Sequence record: PZ171032.1
DNA: 64,000 nucleotides
Origin: a phage
Reading direction: 5' to 3' (one strand)
Positions 37,088 to 46,913 of this stretch are shown here, in pieces. The notes beneath the pieces are model-generated. The model did no database searches. It was not told the DNA's origin and saw only the letters and a list, made by a program, of their open reading frames with translations. The position numbers and the translations under genes were made by a program. The number at the start of each line of letters is the position of its first letter. Position 1 is the stretch's first letter.

Positions 37088-39685
37088 TTAAAGGTACAAT
37101 CCACGGTATTGAGCATAGAGGCCCAGACCGCGAAGGATTTCGCCAGAGTGATAGCCTACCGGATCAGAAACTGCCCAGCAGCCGTTTAAAACATTATCCC
37201 CATTAATGAAGTGGTGCTTTTGCAGTAGCTTCACACAGGCTTCTACAACAATGTCTATTTGAGGTATTGTCTCTGAATACCCGCACAGACCTAGCCAGCA
37301 GCAACCTGCAAGCCATTCACCTACCACCCACATCCTGTCTCCTCTGTCTTGATAAGAATATCCCCCAGAGGTGTTAAAGTCTGTAGGCAGATTTCCTGAA
37401 TGAGATGACTGGAATCTGTTGAGGAACCATGCCCATTTCTGGCAGAACAGGAATAGTCTTTCATCAACAGGTTCTTTATGTTTCTTGAGCTCATATATTG
37501 TGCGGCACGCAGCAACAAAAGATCTTGACTGGAGCTTAGAGTTATCTACCATCTCCCACCAACCAGCCAACCCTTCATTACCTCTTTGCCATACATAACG
37601 TGAGGCAACTGGACCCTCTGTCTTAAATGTATTGTTATACCAGACTTGAGCGTCATACAGAAAGCCTATTGTATTTGACAATCTATGGCGATCTATGTTT
37701 TCTGCACCCATGCAGTAGACTGCTGGGTATTGCATGCCAGGATAGGGCCAATTTGGCCTTTCCTCTAAAAGATAGTTTTCCTTATCTATTACCTTTCCGG
37801 CAGGGAACACACCTGGTGTGTGCCTGTATGCACCTTGCTTGTAGTTTCTGACATAGCAATCGCCAACCTTAGCGGTTGATTCTGTCTTGCTTGCCATCCA
37901 CACGCTAAACCAGATTAGATAAGCATCTCTATCTGCAATATAGAATTGCGGCAGCGTGTTGACGCAATACAGATCAAACAAGCCATTACCTATCTGCCTG
38001 TCGCTTAGGCTGAAATCTACAGAGGTGAGCCCCTTAGGATTAGCAAAGAAAGGTTTAATCTCTTCTTCGGTGTGATGAGGTTGTGTCGGATCTAGTTTGA
38101 AATCTCCTAGAGTAAGAGTTTCTGTTATCCATTGTCCATTAGTGGCATATAGATCAGCATACCATAACCACCTGTCTTTGTCAAGAAATTTGACCCTTAC
38201 CATCTCATCATCTGATCGATAAGTTACTGAGTTTAAAGAAATCTCTCTCCCAAAATTGAAAGTTACTTTACCTCTTGCTATATTACAACGGGTGAAGTTG
38301 TCAGAGTGGTTGTAAATGTCTGTATCATACTGCATACTAACACTAGCGCCACCGCTTACGGCAATGTTTTCCTCTTTAGGTAAGAGATACGGATTACCGT
38401 CTTTACCAACTACCTCTACGAAATCAGTAACCTTGGCAACTATTTCTGTTACCTCTGCCCCTCCAAAAGGAACCCCTATCCTGTACTGTTTTTTGTTATT
38501 GTTGCCATCATTAAGGATGAAATGTGGCTGGAACAGAACCCCTTCTCCTCCGAAATTCATAACAATTTCAGCATCTCTGCCTATTTTGTATGTAGTCCCT
38601 TTTTGAATTATTTCGCAAGGCTGGCGTGCGTTCATTCTAAAATTGATATACCCGTCACTGTCCCTGCTCATGACAGGAACTGTTCCTGCAACAAGACAAG
38701 CACCATCTGTAAACGGTGCCTTAACCAACGTGGTCTTTCTAAACAGTTTGTCGTAGGCGTTTATGTCACTGAAATTAAGCAACTTGTTGTAAGACTGTTT
38801 AAACGCGGTGTAATACTTTTCCTCACCTGTCAAGGTGTAGAGTTGATAACAAGCGTCACACCACATTTCTTCCCCGTCCAACTCTGGGGCCTGATTATCT
38901 GCAACCACGTTTATAGGATTTACAATTACAGGGGATCCTGCAGGTATCACCGATCCACCCTGCTCTTGAGGTAATCTCACACAATAGGTTACCTTGTGGC
39001 TGCCTGTAACACCCTTATCTTGTAATTGGATTGTGCCGAACTCTACAGACGTATGACCACTATCGGCTATGCTACCGTTAGCCCAATAGCGGTTACCATC
39101 CCATGCTATATACCACTCAACCCACCAACTTAATCCGGATGTTGTCCAATCCGGGTTAGCATCTGTGCCGCCGTAAACATCAGAGTCTACAGTGTTTCTT
39201 CCTAACACACCGTTATACGCTTGGAATGCCTTGTCCAGGTATTCCCCCCATGTCGGAGATCCAGCTGGGATTTTTCCTCTACCATTGGTAAAAGACACCA
39301 CCACATCTTTAAACCCACCATGTGATGGAACCCCATCTGTGGATAGAGGGTAGTGGGACAATCTTTGCATTTTACTTTCTACTGCATATGCACCCAGAAG
39401 ATGGCTATTGTAAGCTTCCCAAGCATCTTTTGCCCTATCCAAGTAGAAATCGCTTTTCGATGCCCTGTATGCTTCAATGTACCCCAGAATCAACACAGCT
39501 TGGGACTCATGCATTGCCCAATCATTATTTATCTTATTACCTGACCACCCTGCAGCTATAAGACCATCAGGGTTTACTAGCTTATTTTGTGTAGGGGTGT
39601 TGGTAATACCTGTGTTGTTATCGAGGCACTTCCTGTGCCCCTCAATCATCTGAAATACGTTATCAATGTTGTGTTGAATACGCAT
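37088..39685 (-). CDS. tail-associated protein, possible glycoside hydrolase/depolymerase-like
   Basis: 865 aa; Trp/Tyr/Asp-rich; segment ILGYIEAYRASKSDFYLDRAKDAWEAY reminiscent of alpha/alpha-toroid glycosidases (weak, from memory). Confidence 0.35.
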   Translation of the reverse strand: MRIQHNIDNVFQMIEGHRKCLDNNTGITNTPTQNKLVNPDGLIAAGWSGNKINNDWAMHESQAVLILGYIEAYRASKSDFYLDRAKDAWEAYNSHLLGAYAVESKMQRLSHYPLSTDGVPSHGGFKDVVVSFTNGRGKIPAGSPTWGEYLDKAFQAYNGVLGRNTVDSDVYGGTDANPDWTTSGLSWWVEWYIAWDGNRYWANGSIADSGHTSVEFGTIQLQDKGVTGSHKVTYCVRLPQEQGGSVIPAGSPVIVNPINVVADNQAPELDGEEMWCDACYQLYTLTGEEKYYTAFKQSYNKLLNFSDINAYDKLFRKTTLVKAPFTDGACLVAGTVPVMSRDSDGYINFRMNARQPCEIIQKGTTYKIGRDAEIVMNFGGEGVLFQPHFILNDGNNNKKQYRIGVPFGGAEVTEIVAKVTDFVEVVGKDGNPYLLPKEENIAVSGGASVSMQYDTDIYNHSDNFTRCNIARGKVTFNFGREISLNSVTYRSDDEMVRVKFLDKDRWLWYADLYATNGQWITETLTLGDFKLDPTQPHHTEEEIKPFFANPKGLTSVDFSLSDRQIGNGLFDLYCVNTLPQFYIADRDAYLIWFSVWMASKTESTAKVGDCYVRNYKQGAYRHTPGVFPAGKVIDKENYLLEERPNWPYPGMQYPAVYCMGAENIDRHRLSNTIGFLYDAQVWYNNTFKTEGPVASRYVWQRGNEGLAGWWEMVDNSKLQSRSFVAACRTIYELKKHKEPVDERLFLFCQKWAWFLNRFQSSHSGNLPTDFNTSGGYSYQDRGDRMWVVGEWLAGCCWLGLCGYSETIPQIDIVVEACVKLLQKHHFINGDNVLNGCWAVSDPVGYHSGEILRGLGLYAQYRGLYL

Positions 39686-39686
39686 C

Positions 39687-40355
39687 TTAGATAGCTCCTG
39701 CGATAATCAGTGCCCCGTACCAAGTTAACCCGTTGTCGTAGGTTTCCAACTTGAAAATATCTGTTGCACCAGCTGTAAATGTTAGGATAGGATCTCTTCC
39801 GTAGGACCATTTAACATTACCAGGCCAATAGACTTTGTTGCCGCCAGAGGTCTGAGTAATGCATACGGTTATAGTTCTCGCCACTCCTTCAAGACCTTCT
39901 GTTTGATTTTCAAAAGAGATTGTGGTATTTGAAGTTAGTCGAACCTTAAAGGTATCCGCAACTTCAAGATCCATATCAAGCTGACCACCGATAGATCCGT
40001 AATCAACTATTCTGCCAGAAGAAGTTGCAGCAAGCTCACCAAAAACAGACCAGGCATTTGCAGACACACCCCCAGCACCCTCTACAGTGGAGTCTGGGAG
40101 GATTATTTTAGGATAATCCCCGTTCCACGTGTAGTAGCGCTTAGTTTCTGGGTCATAAGCAAAGTCCTTCTTGCTCTTAAGATAACCACCCTCTGTGAAA
40201 TAGACTATCTTAGTAATGCTAAGATCGTTGACAACATCGTCAATCTTAGCCTTTCTTGTCCCATCAGTCTGGTTGACAACCAAGAAGTCATCACTCAGGA
40301 CTGTTTCTGCATCTTCAAGATCTGGAATTGGTATTGTAGGATAAGCTACAGCCAT
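39687..40355 (-). CDS. tail fibre N-terminal anchor module protein (222 aa)
   Basis: Shares N-terminal module with 1270-aa fibre; coupled to downstream 865-aa gene. Confidence 0.45.
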   Translation of the reverse strand: MAVAYPTIPIPDLEDAETVLSDDFLVVNQTDGTRKAKIDDVVNDLSITKIVYFTEGGYLKSKKDFAYDPETKRYYTWNGDYPKIILPDSTVEGAGGVSANAWSVFGELAATSSGRIVDYGSIGGQLDMDLEVADTFKVRLTSNTTISFENQTEGLEGVARTITVCITQTSGGNKVYWPGNVKWSYGRDPILTFTAGATDIFKLETYDNGLTWYGALIIAGAI

Positions 40356-40364
40356 GATTTCTCC

Positions 40365-41081
40365 TTAGTTAACATCAATAGCACGACCAGACTGGTTGGC
40401 AATAGCCTCATCATTGGAGGTAGCAATAACACCAGAGTATTCGCGCTCATCTGGAGCAAGCGTCCAGGTATTGCGGTTAATGGTTTGTTCTGCCTCAGTC
40501 ATCAGCAGATCTTTATCCTGAGTCAACAGAGAGCCTACAGGGATCGGGTTTTCCATCTCAGGACCAGCATACTGGTTCCACCATGTGGCATCTCCGGTTC
40601 TAGGTAATCTGAAGTTGATCAGGTAGTACAGTTTATTAGCCCACTTAATCCAACCCTCATCATCACAGAGAGAGGTTGTCCCAGAATCAGGTTGTGGGTA
40701 GGTGAACTGATCAAGACCTACGAAAGCCAGCCTTACAATCTCGTTCTCTTTGGTAACAACCTCGAAGAACGCTTGGTATGTTCTCGATCTTCGGTCCATG
40801 GTAGACTGGAAGTTTATGATGTTTAGCACATCCGGCTCTTGTCTTGCCACTTCCATGATCTTGTTATCAAGAACAGTCTTCATGACCTTCTTGCTGAGAA
40901 AGTCCATATAAGGGAAGCCAAACAGCTCGTCAAAGTACCAGCTCCCCTTCCACGTATTAAACCTCATCCACAAGCGCTGGCGCAGACTTACCTGGTTTGA
41001 ATCTATCAACTCAAGACCTTTGTCTATCGCCAAATCGCCTGTCTGCGGGTCCATCAATATATCACTATAAAGCGTAGCCAT
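40365..41081 (-). CDS. baseplate protein, possibly gp25/W-like wedge
   Basis: 238 aa; N-terminal DILMDPQTGDLAIDKGLELIDSNQVSLRQRLWMRFNT...FGFPY resembles gp25/GPW-family pattern (moderate). Confidence 0.4.
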   Translation of the reverse strand: MATLYSDILMDPQTGDLAIDKGLELIDSNQVSLRQRLWMRFNTWKGSWYFDELFGFPYMDFLSKKVMKTVLDNKIMEVARQEPDVLNIINFQSTMDRRSRTYQAFFEVVTKENEIVRLAFVGLDQFTYPQPDSGTTSLCDDEGWIKWANKLYYLINFRLPRTGDATWWNQYAGPEMENPIPVGSLLTQDKDLLMTEAEQTINRNTWTLAPDEREYSGVIATSNDEAIANQSGRAIDVN

Positions 41082-41093
41082 GAAAGCCCTCTA

Positions 41094-41771
41094 TTAGTGC
41101 GGTCCACTTGTCTCGCCATCAGGGCAAGAGTGGGTATGACCTTTATATTCTGCATAGAATGAATCCAAATCCACACCTGCAGCAGTTATAATTCTACCAG
41201 ATGGGTCTATTGTAGCACCATTCATTCTGATATTCCCATCCACAGCAGCTCGCAAATTGGCAGCCCCGTTAGTGAAAGAAAACTCCCCGCTGCTGTCGCA
41301 CCGTAATGTCCCACCAGGTGTTTGAAGCTCAAAATCGCCAGAAGGTGTCAGTTTAAAATAAACTCTATCATTCCATAACTCTACGTTATCAGGATCGATC
41401 TGTAAGGCGTTTGAGTCTGAATGAACAGAGGTGATTGCCCACCCTGGAAACAGGCCGTGAGTTTGTTGATCGTCATTATTGTTTTCATTCCTCTCTGAAA
41501 ACTGCAATCCTACAACATCTCCAGCCTTAATAGGAAGTGTTAACCTTGCCTTTCCGCTGTTTGCAGACATCACCTGAATTGGAACGTCATAGATAAGAGG
41601 GTATCTCTCCACATCTCCGTCATCAAACGTGGTTTCAGCTATTGGCTGCACGGCTGCAGAAGGTATACTGTAGTCAACACTGACAACTCTGGCCCTGATA
41701 CTTGTGTGGTAATCCCTCATTATTTTTTCTATGAAGGATCTTACAGCAGCATCTTTCCTATTTATTGCCAT
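41094..41771 (-). CDS. baseplate central spike, gpV/Mu gp45-like (OB-fold with C-terminal HxH tip motif)
   Basis: 225 aa; C-terminus YKGHTHSCPDGETSGPH resembles the metal-binding apex of phage and T6SS spikes. Confidence 0.5.
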   Translation of the reverse strand: MAINRKDAAVRSFIEKIMRDYHTSIRARVVSVDYSIPSAAVQPIAETTFDDGDVERYPLIYDVPIQVMSANSGKARLTLPIKAGDVVGLQFSERNENNNDDQQTHGLFPGWAITSVHSDSNALQIDPDNVELWNDRVYFKLTPSGDFELQTPGGTLRCDSSGEFSFTNGAANLRAAVDGNIRMNGATIDPSGRIITAAGVDLDSFYAEYKGHTHSCPDGETSGPH

Positions 41772-42775
41772 TATACCTCCTCAGTTTTGTCAACAACTCC
41801 ACCCACTGTTTCCCCAAGGCCAAGCTCTGTAGTGTAATCACCTCCTTCTATGGTGCCCTTATGATGCACCGTGATCACCTTATAGAATCCTGTATATTGC
41901 TTGCTTTTAAGATAAATAGTGGACTCTGGGAGGATAGCTCCGTTAAGGCATGTGGTTACAGTAAGGCCAACATCCTCTCTCGGGTTTTTCTTTTTCTTTT
42001 TAGATGTCGAACCACCTTTGGCAGCAGCTTTAGCTTTTCGTTTTTTAGCAGGTTCTGGGTTTTTAGGGGTAGGCGATCCGTGCATCCCAGACTCTGCACT
42101 TATTTCAAACACAGAGTCTTTGAACCTTTTTCCAACCTTGGTCCAATACAAAGCTCCATCCTGAACGCTAAACGTGGAGTTGGTCAGCCTTGCAAACCTG
42201 CGTAGGTTCTCTGCAGTGTTTCCAGAGAAAGCCATAGAGTATTGCAAAGTCTGGTTTCCAAAACCAACAACCCTACCTTTTGGCAAGTTCATATCCTTCA
42301 GCAGGTCATTAAGCACAGAATTCAGAGGTGTTCCTTTCTGATAAGATCTTGTGCTTTGGCACTTAATGATGTTCTCAGTACCATCCCCAAAGATGAACTT
42401 AGTTTTTCTGGTCGGACCTTCCCACCTGTCTTCAACAAACTCTACAGTTCCGGAGAATATCAACTGGTTCTCATCATCATAGCCAGCCTCAAACATGACT
42501 GCAAGGGCATCAGCCTGATGCATATCCAGATAGTTAACTGTATCGTCAGACAGGTTGTAAACTGTCACATAACCTTTGTTTGGCTCTTTGGTATTGTCCT
42601 TTTGTATGTCAAACTCTATATTGGCAGCACCAGTGTCTGAGCTAACTTCATAAACTCCGGAATCACTATCCCCTTTCTTTTCAACAGATTTTGGGATATT
42701 GGTTTTTGATTTACCGCCATGTTCTACCGGACGACCAAACAATAATCGCCATGTTCTACGTCTGTACTCTGCCAT
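41771..42775 (-). CDS. baseplate hub-like protein with Lys-rich low-complexity insert
   Basis: 334 aa; located between TMP-proximal genes and spike; KKRKAKAAAKGGSTSKKKKKNPRE insert encoded by A/T homopolymer tracts. Confidence 0.4.
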   Translation of the reverse strand: MAEYRRRTWRLLFGRPVEHGGKSKTNIPKSVEKKGDSDSGVYEVSSDTGAANIEFDIQKDNTKEPNKGYVTVYNLSDDTVNYLDMHQADALAVMFEAGYDDENQLIFSGTVEFVEDRWEGPTRKTKFIFGDGTENIIKCQSTRSYQKGTPLNSVLNDLLKDMNLPKGRVVGFGNQTLQYSMAFSGNTAENLRRFARLTNSTFSVQDGALYWTKVGKRFKDSVFEISAESGMHGSPTPKNPEPAKKRKAKAAAKGGSTSKKKKKNPREDVGLTVTTCLNGAILPESTIYLKSKQYTGFYKVITVHHKGTIEGGDYTTELGLGETVGGVVDKTEEV

Positions 42776-43155
42776 TATTCTAACCCTTGCTGTTCCTTGT
42801 AAAGATCAACCGGAGTGCCGTATACAAGTTGTAGCTCAGATCTCGCCCCAAGGTTATATCTTCCAACCCTACCCCAATATTGATCGTCTTTAAACGACAG
42901 CACCATCAGTCTACCTTTCGGTAAATCATCTCTGTAATGCAGTCCGTCTAAAATATCTTGACAAGCTGTTACTTTTCTGGTTACTAAAGGGCTGTCACCT
43001 ACTGGACCAAGAGATAACCACCAGGACTCATCCCTCTCATTCCATTGCATACGCATTTCATACGTTTCGTTGTCTAAAACAACACGCATGGTTTGATCAG
43101 GAAAGCCGTCAATGTCCCACACAAAGGTGATTATGCACCAATCTTTAAGCTCCAT
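42775..43155 (-). CDS. tail/baseplate protein (hypothetical)
   Basis: 126 aa; coupled to flanking genes. Confidence 0.4.
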   Translation of the reverse strand: MELKDWCIITFVWDIDGFPDQTMRVVLDNETYEMRMQWNERDESWWLSLGPVGDSPLVTRKVTACQDILDGLHYRDDLPKGRLMVLSFKDDQYWGRVGRYNLGARSELQLVYGTPVDLYKEQQGLE

Positions 43156-43167
43156 TATACGCTCCCC

Positions 43168-44079
43168 TTATTTCCCGTTAACTCTGTTGTAGTTTCCCTG
43201 CTCAGATGGGACTATGGTAGAGGGTCTTCCATATTCCTGATAATACCAATCAGCAGCTGATTGGGTAACACCGTTTTCATCTGTCCACATCATGGATTTA
43301 TATGGCTGCCACTCCTCTGCAGCATTTGTGGATGCAGTGTCTGCAAATGCCCCTGTGTCCCTCTTGTTACCTACGTTACTACCATTCTTACAGTCGTTGA
43401 CAGCACCTTTTTGTTGGGTCTTGCCTACTTTCTTGGGATTGCTGTATACAGTTGCATTAACAACCTTGTTCAAGTAGAATGTGCGGAACTCTGTAAGTTC
43501 TACATCAAAAACCATTGCAGCACCTTCGCCAACAGACTTGCTGGCAGAAAGACTGGTTATGATATAGTTCTCAAGAAGTCTCTCCTCGGTAACCAAAGAA
43601 ACCAACTGTCGCTTATTAATGATCTCAGTCAAAGCCTCCAGTGCAGCACTTGGTCGCATAGATGCTGCGGGGTTTTTAGAGTCAGTATTCCTATCGATGT
43701 AGTTTTGCTCATAGATTATATGTGGAGATGTATTTACCCTACCAGTAAAAGAAAATACACCATCTTTAATTACAGCGTGGTCTGACAGGGTAGATTTATC
43801 TTCCACCGCAAACCCAGTCTTATCAACAGAATGTTTGAAAGAGTAATTCTCAACCTGATCGAAGATAATGGCAAGATCGTTAGTAAAGTTTTTACCCTTC
43901 ATCTCTATGTTGCGACCGCCATAGTTAAGACCGCTGACAAACATGGTGTACTTTACATCGCTTTCGGTTTGCTGCTCTGCCTTTTCAGCCTTTGGAGATT
44001 TAACCTCTCGAGGCTTGTACAGGTCTTTTTCATCAACTATATTACTTTGCATAACCTCTCCAGGACACTCCGATACCAT
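43168..44079 (-). CDS. distal tail / baseplate-associated protein (hypothetical)
   Basis: 303 aa; first gene after tape measure. Confidence 0.4.
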   Translation of the reverse strand: MVSECPGEVMQSNIVDEKDLYKPREVKSPKAEKAEQQTESDVKYTMFVSGLNYGGRNIEMKGKNFTNDLAIIFDQVENYSFKHSVDKTGFAVEDKSTLSDHAVIKDGVFSFTGRVNTSPHIIYEQNYIDRNTDSKNPAASMRPSAALEALTEIINKRQLVSLVTEERLLENYIITSLSASKSVGEGAAMVFDVELTEFRTFYLNKVVNATVYSNPKKVGKTQQKGAVNDCKNGSNVGNKRDTGAFADTASTNAAEEWQPYKSMMWTDENGVTQSAADWYYQEYGRPSTIVPSEQGNYNRVNGK

Positions 44080-44129
44080 CTAAATATTGTATCATAAAAT
44101 AGCCGTTTTTACAACACTGATAGAATAAA

Positions 44130-44145
44130 GGGGGCCAGAGCCCCC
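44130..44145 (-). terminator. hairpin GGGGGC-CAGA-GCCCCC + U-rich (terminator/attenuator after tape measure gene)
   Basis: Perfect 6-bp GC stem immediately downstream of TMP stop; UUUAUUCUA follows on minus strand. Confidence 0.45.
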
Positions 44146-44156
44146 TGCACAGTTTA

Positions 44157-46493
44157 TTACCAAAGGTCGGTAGACATGAAGTTGATATCTTTATTGTTCT
44201 CCCACTCCAGTTTTGCATCAAATATTTTGTTAAACTCACCCTCATCTATTGAAATCGTGATTTTCCCATCACTGATTTCTAAAGGTAACATTTCCATAGT
44301 TCTTAATTGAGAAGCAAAACCAGGGCCACCTGGTAACGGAAGAGTCCCGCCCGGCAAGGTGTCCAAAGGATTAACAAACCCGTTACCTCCTGATATGATA
44401 TCTTTGCGAATCATATCGCTGATAGTATCCAGCTGCTGATTTCTTTCACTCAACGGGTTGTAACGGTCATTAAACAATTCCCCGGCGCTTAGTATTGTAC
44501 CGATAATGCCTAACTTACCGAGCAGACCAACTTTGCCACCAGGTGTCTTGAGGCCACCTCCCCCCTTTCCTGCCGGAGCGCCACCACCAGATCCTTCTGT
44601 AGTAGCGGCACCCGCTGCTCCAGCTGCACCCCTTAGAGAGTTAAGGAATTTAAAGGTTTTTACAAGCATGGATGCCATGACAAAACCTTTTGTAAGGGCG
44701 TTCACTACCAGCATGATGGCAGCAGCAAACCCTGCCCATTTAGCATAGCTAAAGGTGTCATGAAGCTCTTCAGAATATTCCTTCGTCTTGGCTGTTATGA
44801 ATCCCCATTTAATCCCCCATTCAAGGAAAAACATGCGGATCTTGACTATAGTGTTGTTTAGTTCACCAACTACCCAGTTAAGGCCTCTCACAAATCCACT
44901 AACAAAATCACCAGAGGCATCCCACACAAATTGCAGAGTCTCGCCAGTGCGGATTAGTGTATAATAGAACTCTGTCAGTTCGTCAGACCAACGGGTGAAC
45001 AGTTTCTGACGAGTCAGTTCGATGAAGGTTTTCAGTCTGTTTTCTGCCAGCACGTTAGACTTCTGCATTCTTTCATAGCCAGCTGCAGATGCCTCGTTCA
45101 TGTACTTAGCCACATACTTCATGATCTTGGCTGTTTTAACCTCACCTTTCTTCATCATGTCCATGAACTGATCCATGGATAGTTCAGAAAGACCAAAAGC
45201 CTCTTTAGTGGCCTTGATAAAAGGTTCGTATGCACCCGGCAATGCTTCAGCAAGTTGTTGCTTCAGTTCTTCGGACATTACTTGTCCTTTCCCAAGCATC
45301 TGTTGGATTGCCATAATACCGCGCTGGTATTTTACCTCATCAGCACCATAAGCAGCAGCATACTGGGAGTATGCAGAAAACAGCTCATGCACTTCCTGAT
45401 TTGTCATCTGGTTTTTGGCGTTTACCGACATCTGGGCGTAACCTTGAAGACCAGATTTGAGATCAAAACCAAGACGCATAGCCTCTTGCTGGACAAACGC
45501 AACCTCACTGTTGGCTTTGTTTGGATCTCCAGTAACAGCAGTAAGAGCAGCACTTGCGCCCTCCATCATGTGACCGGATCTGTTAACCGCAGCAAATCCA
45601 GAAAAAGCTGTATACGCAGCTGTTGCATTAATAACAGATCTACGTAAGTCTCTCATGGCATCGCCTAGTGTAAGCGTTTGGCTGGTGGCACTTTTAAATC
45701 CAGACTGCAGCGCTGACAGGTGGGCGTTAAAGGTTGACTTTTTCATTTCCCCGCGAGCAAACCTGGACTCTAACTCTGAGTATCCTGGCAAGCTTCCACG
45801 GAATCCTGCCCCATACTTGGCAGAGAGTCTTATCGCAGAGTTGTAGAGGTGGGTTCTTCTTGCCTCACGATCCGACATAAGCCTATTATCCATACCAGCT
45901 TTACTGTCTCTTCTTAGCTGTCTATGATAACGATTCATAGCGGCTGTCTGGGCTTTCACAAGATTAGGATCTGAAGCCACCCCACCCATGTTCGGGTTGC
46001 CTGGAATATATCTGAAAGACTTGGCGTTAGCAAGAACTCTTGCCTTAGGTGCCTTATAACCCCCATAGGATACTGGTGCAGATTTGGCAGCTTTTTTAGC
46101 CTCTTTAGCTTGCTGCTGGTAGAACTTACGCATCCTAGCCATCTCTGGGTTTTTGGCGGTAAGATTGCCTACAGCTTGCCTACGTCTTGCATTCTCCCTA
46201 CGCTCTATTGCAGCCTTTACTGCAGCCTCTTTCTTGGCCTGAGCAACGCTCTCCCTGTGCAGTTTAGCATTTGCCTGAGATTGCTGTCTGGCAACCCTCT
46301 GCATTGTCTGCTGGGTTTTAACAGCTACCGCCTGCCATCTACTCATGGGGTTGGCTGAGTTAAAATCCTCGCCCAGTTTCCTGAACTCCCTCCCAATACT
46401 GCGAATTTTCTCTACAGCTTTTTTGTAGGAGGAGTTCTCTATCTCAAAGCCAATCTTGTTGACTGTTGTGGCAACTATTTTGTTTGTAGCCAT
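44157..46493 (-). CDS. tail tape measure protein
   Basis: 778 aa; Ala/Gln/Lys-rich helical N-terminal region, Gly-rich hydrophobic C-terminal region (GAAGAAGAATTEGSGGGAPAGKGGGG); lies downstream of chaperone pair with frameshift site. Confidence 0.8.
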   Translation of the reverse strand: MATNKIVATTVNKIGFEIENSSYKKAVEKIRSIGREFRKLGEDFNSANPMSRWQAVAVKTQQTMQRVARQQSQANAKLHRESVAQAKKEAAVKAAIERRENARRRQAVGNLTAKNPEMARMRKFYQQQAKEAKKAAKSAPVSYGGYKAPKARVLANAKSFRYIPGNPNMGGVASDPNLVKAQTAAMNRYHRQLRRDSKAGMDNRLMSDREARRTHLYNSAIRLSAKYGAGFRGSLPGYSELESRFARGEMKKSTFNAHLSALQSGFKSATSQTLTLGDAMRDLRRSVINATAAYTAFSGFAAVNRSGHMMEGASAALTAVTGDPNKANSEVAFVQQEAMRLGFDLKSGLQGYAQMSVNAKNQMTNQEVHELFSAYSQYAAAYGADEVKYQRGIMAIQQMLGKGQVMSEELKQQLAEALPGAYEPFIKATKEAFGLSELSMDQFMDMMKKGEVKTAKIMKYVAKYMNEASAAGYERMQKSNVLAENRLKTFIELTRQKLFTRWSDELTEFYYTLIRTGETLQFVWDASGDFVSGFVRGLNWVVGELNNTIVKIRMFFLEWGIKWGFITAKTKEYSEELHDTFSYAKWAGFAAAIMLVVNALTKGFVMASMLVKTFKFLNSLRGAAGAAGAATTEGSGGGAPAGKGGGGLKTPGGKVGLLGKLGIIGTILSAGELFNDRYNPLSERNQQLDTISDMIRKDIISGGNGFVNPLDTLPGGTLPLPGGPGFASQLRTMEMLPLEISDGKITISIDEGEFNKIFDAKLEWENNKDINFMSTDLW

Positions 46494-46547
46494 GGTTTCC
46501 TCATAATAAAAAGGGCCAGATCCCAGAAAAGGAATCCGGCCCTTAGA

Positions 46548-46913
46548 TTATCCTCTCCTGCGCTTAGCTTTCGCAGCAGCTGCGGCAGCCTTCTGCTCCC
46601 GCTCCATTTCCCTGTTTTGGACGGTATCTAGGAATTCTTCGATATCAAGATACTCACAGAGCTTCAGGAAATACGCCATATCTGCAAGATTTAGCGATTC
46701 AAAATTTTCCCCTTTGAAATTCTTGAGCACCCTGCACCAAAGAAAGTCGAACCAGTTGAGTGAACTATTCTTAGCTGCCCACTCACTGGCCCTCACAACA
46801 ACCTTGCTTATTCCTGCTCTTCCGGAGTCTGATCCAGGTTGTTCACCTGCTGAATCATACCCATCTGCTGTAACATCTCCAGAAGGCTTCCTAAACCGTC
46901 TTGTGTGAAAAAA
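46548..46913 (-). CDS. tail assembly chaperone, -1 frameshift extension (GT-like C-terminal part)
   Basis: The -1 frame relative to 46808..47281 is open from slippery site 46907-46913 through ORF 46548..46796; classic G/GT arrangement upstream of TMP. Confidence 0.55.
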   Translation of the reverse strand, partial: FFHTRRFRKPSGDVTADGYDSAGEQPGSDSGRAGISKVVVRASEWAAKNSSLNWFDFLWCRVLKNFKGENFESLNLADMAYFLKLCEYLDIEEFLDTVQNREMEREQKAAAAAAKAKRRRG

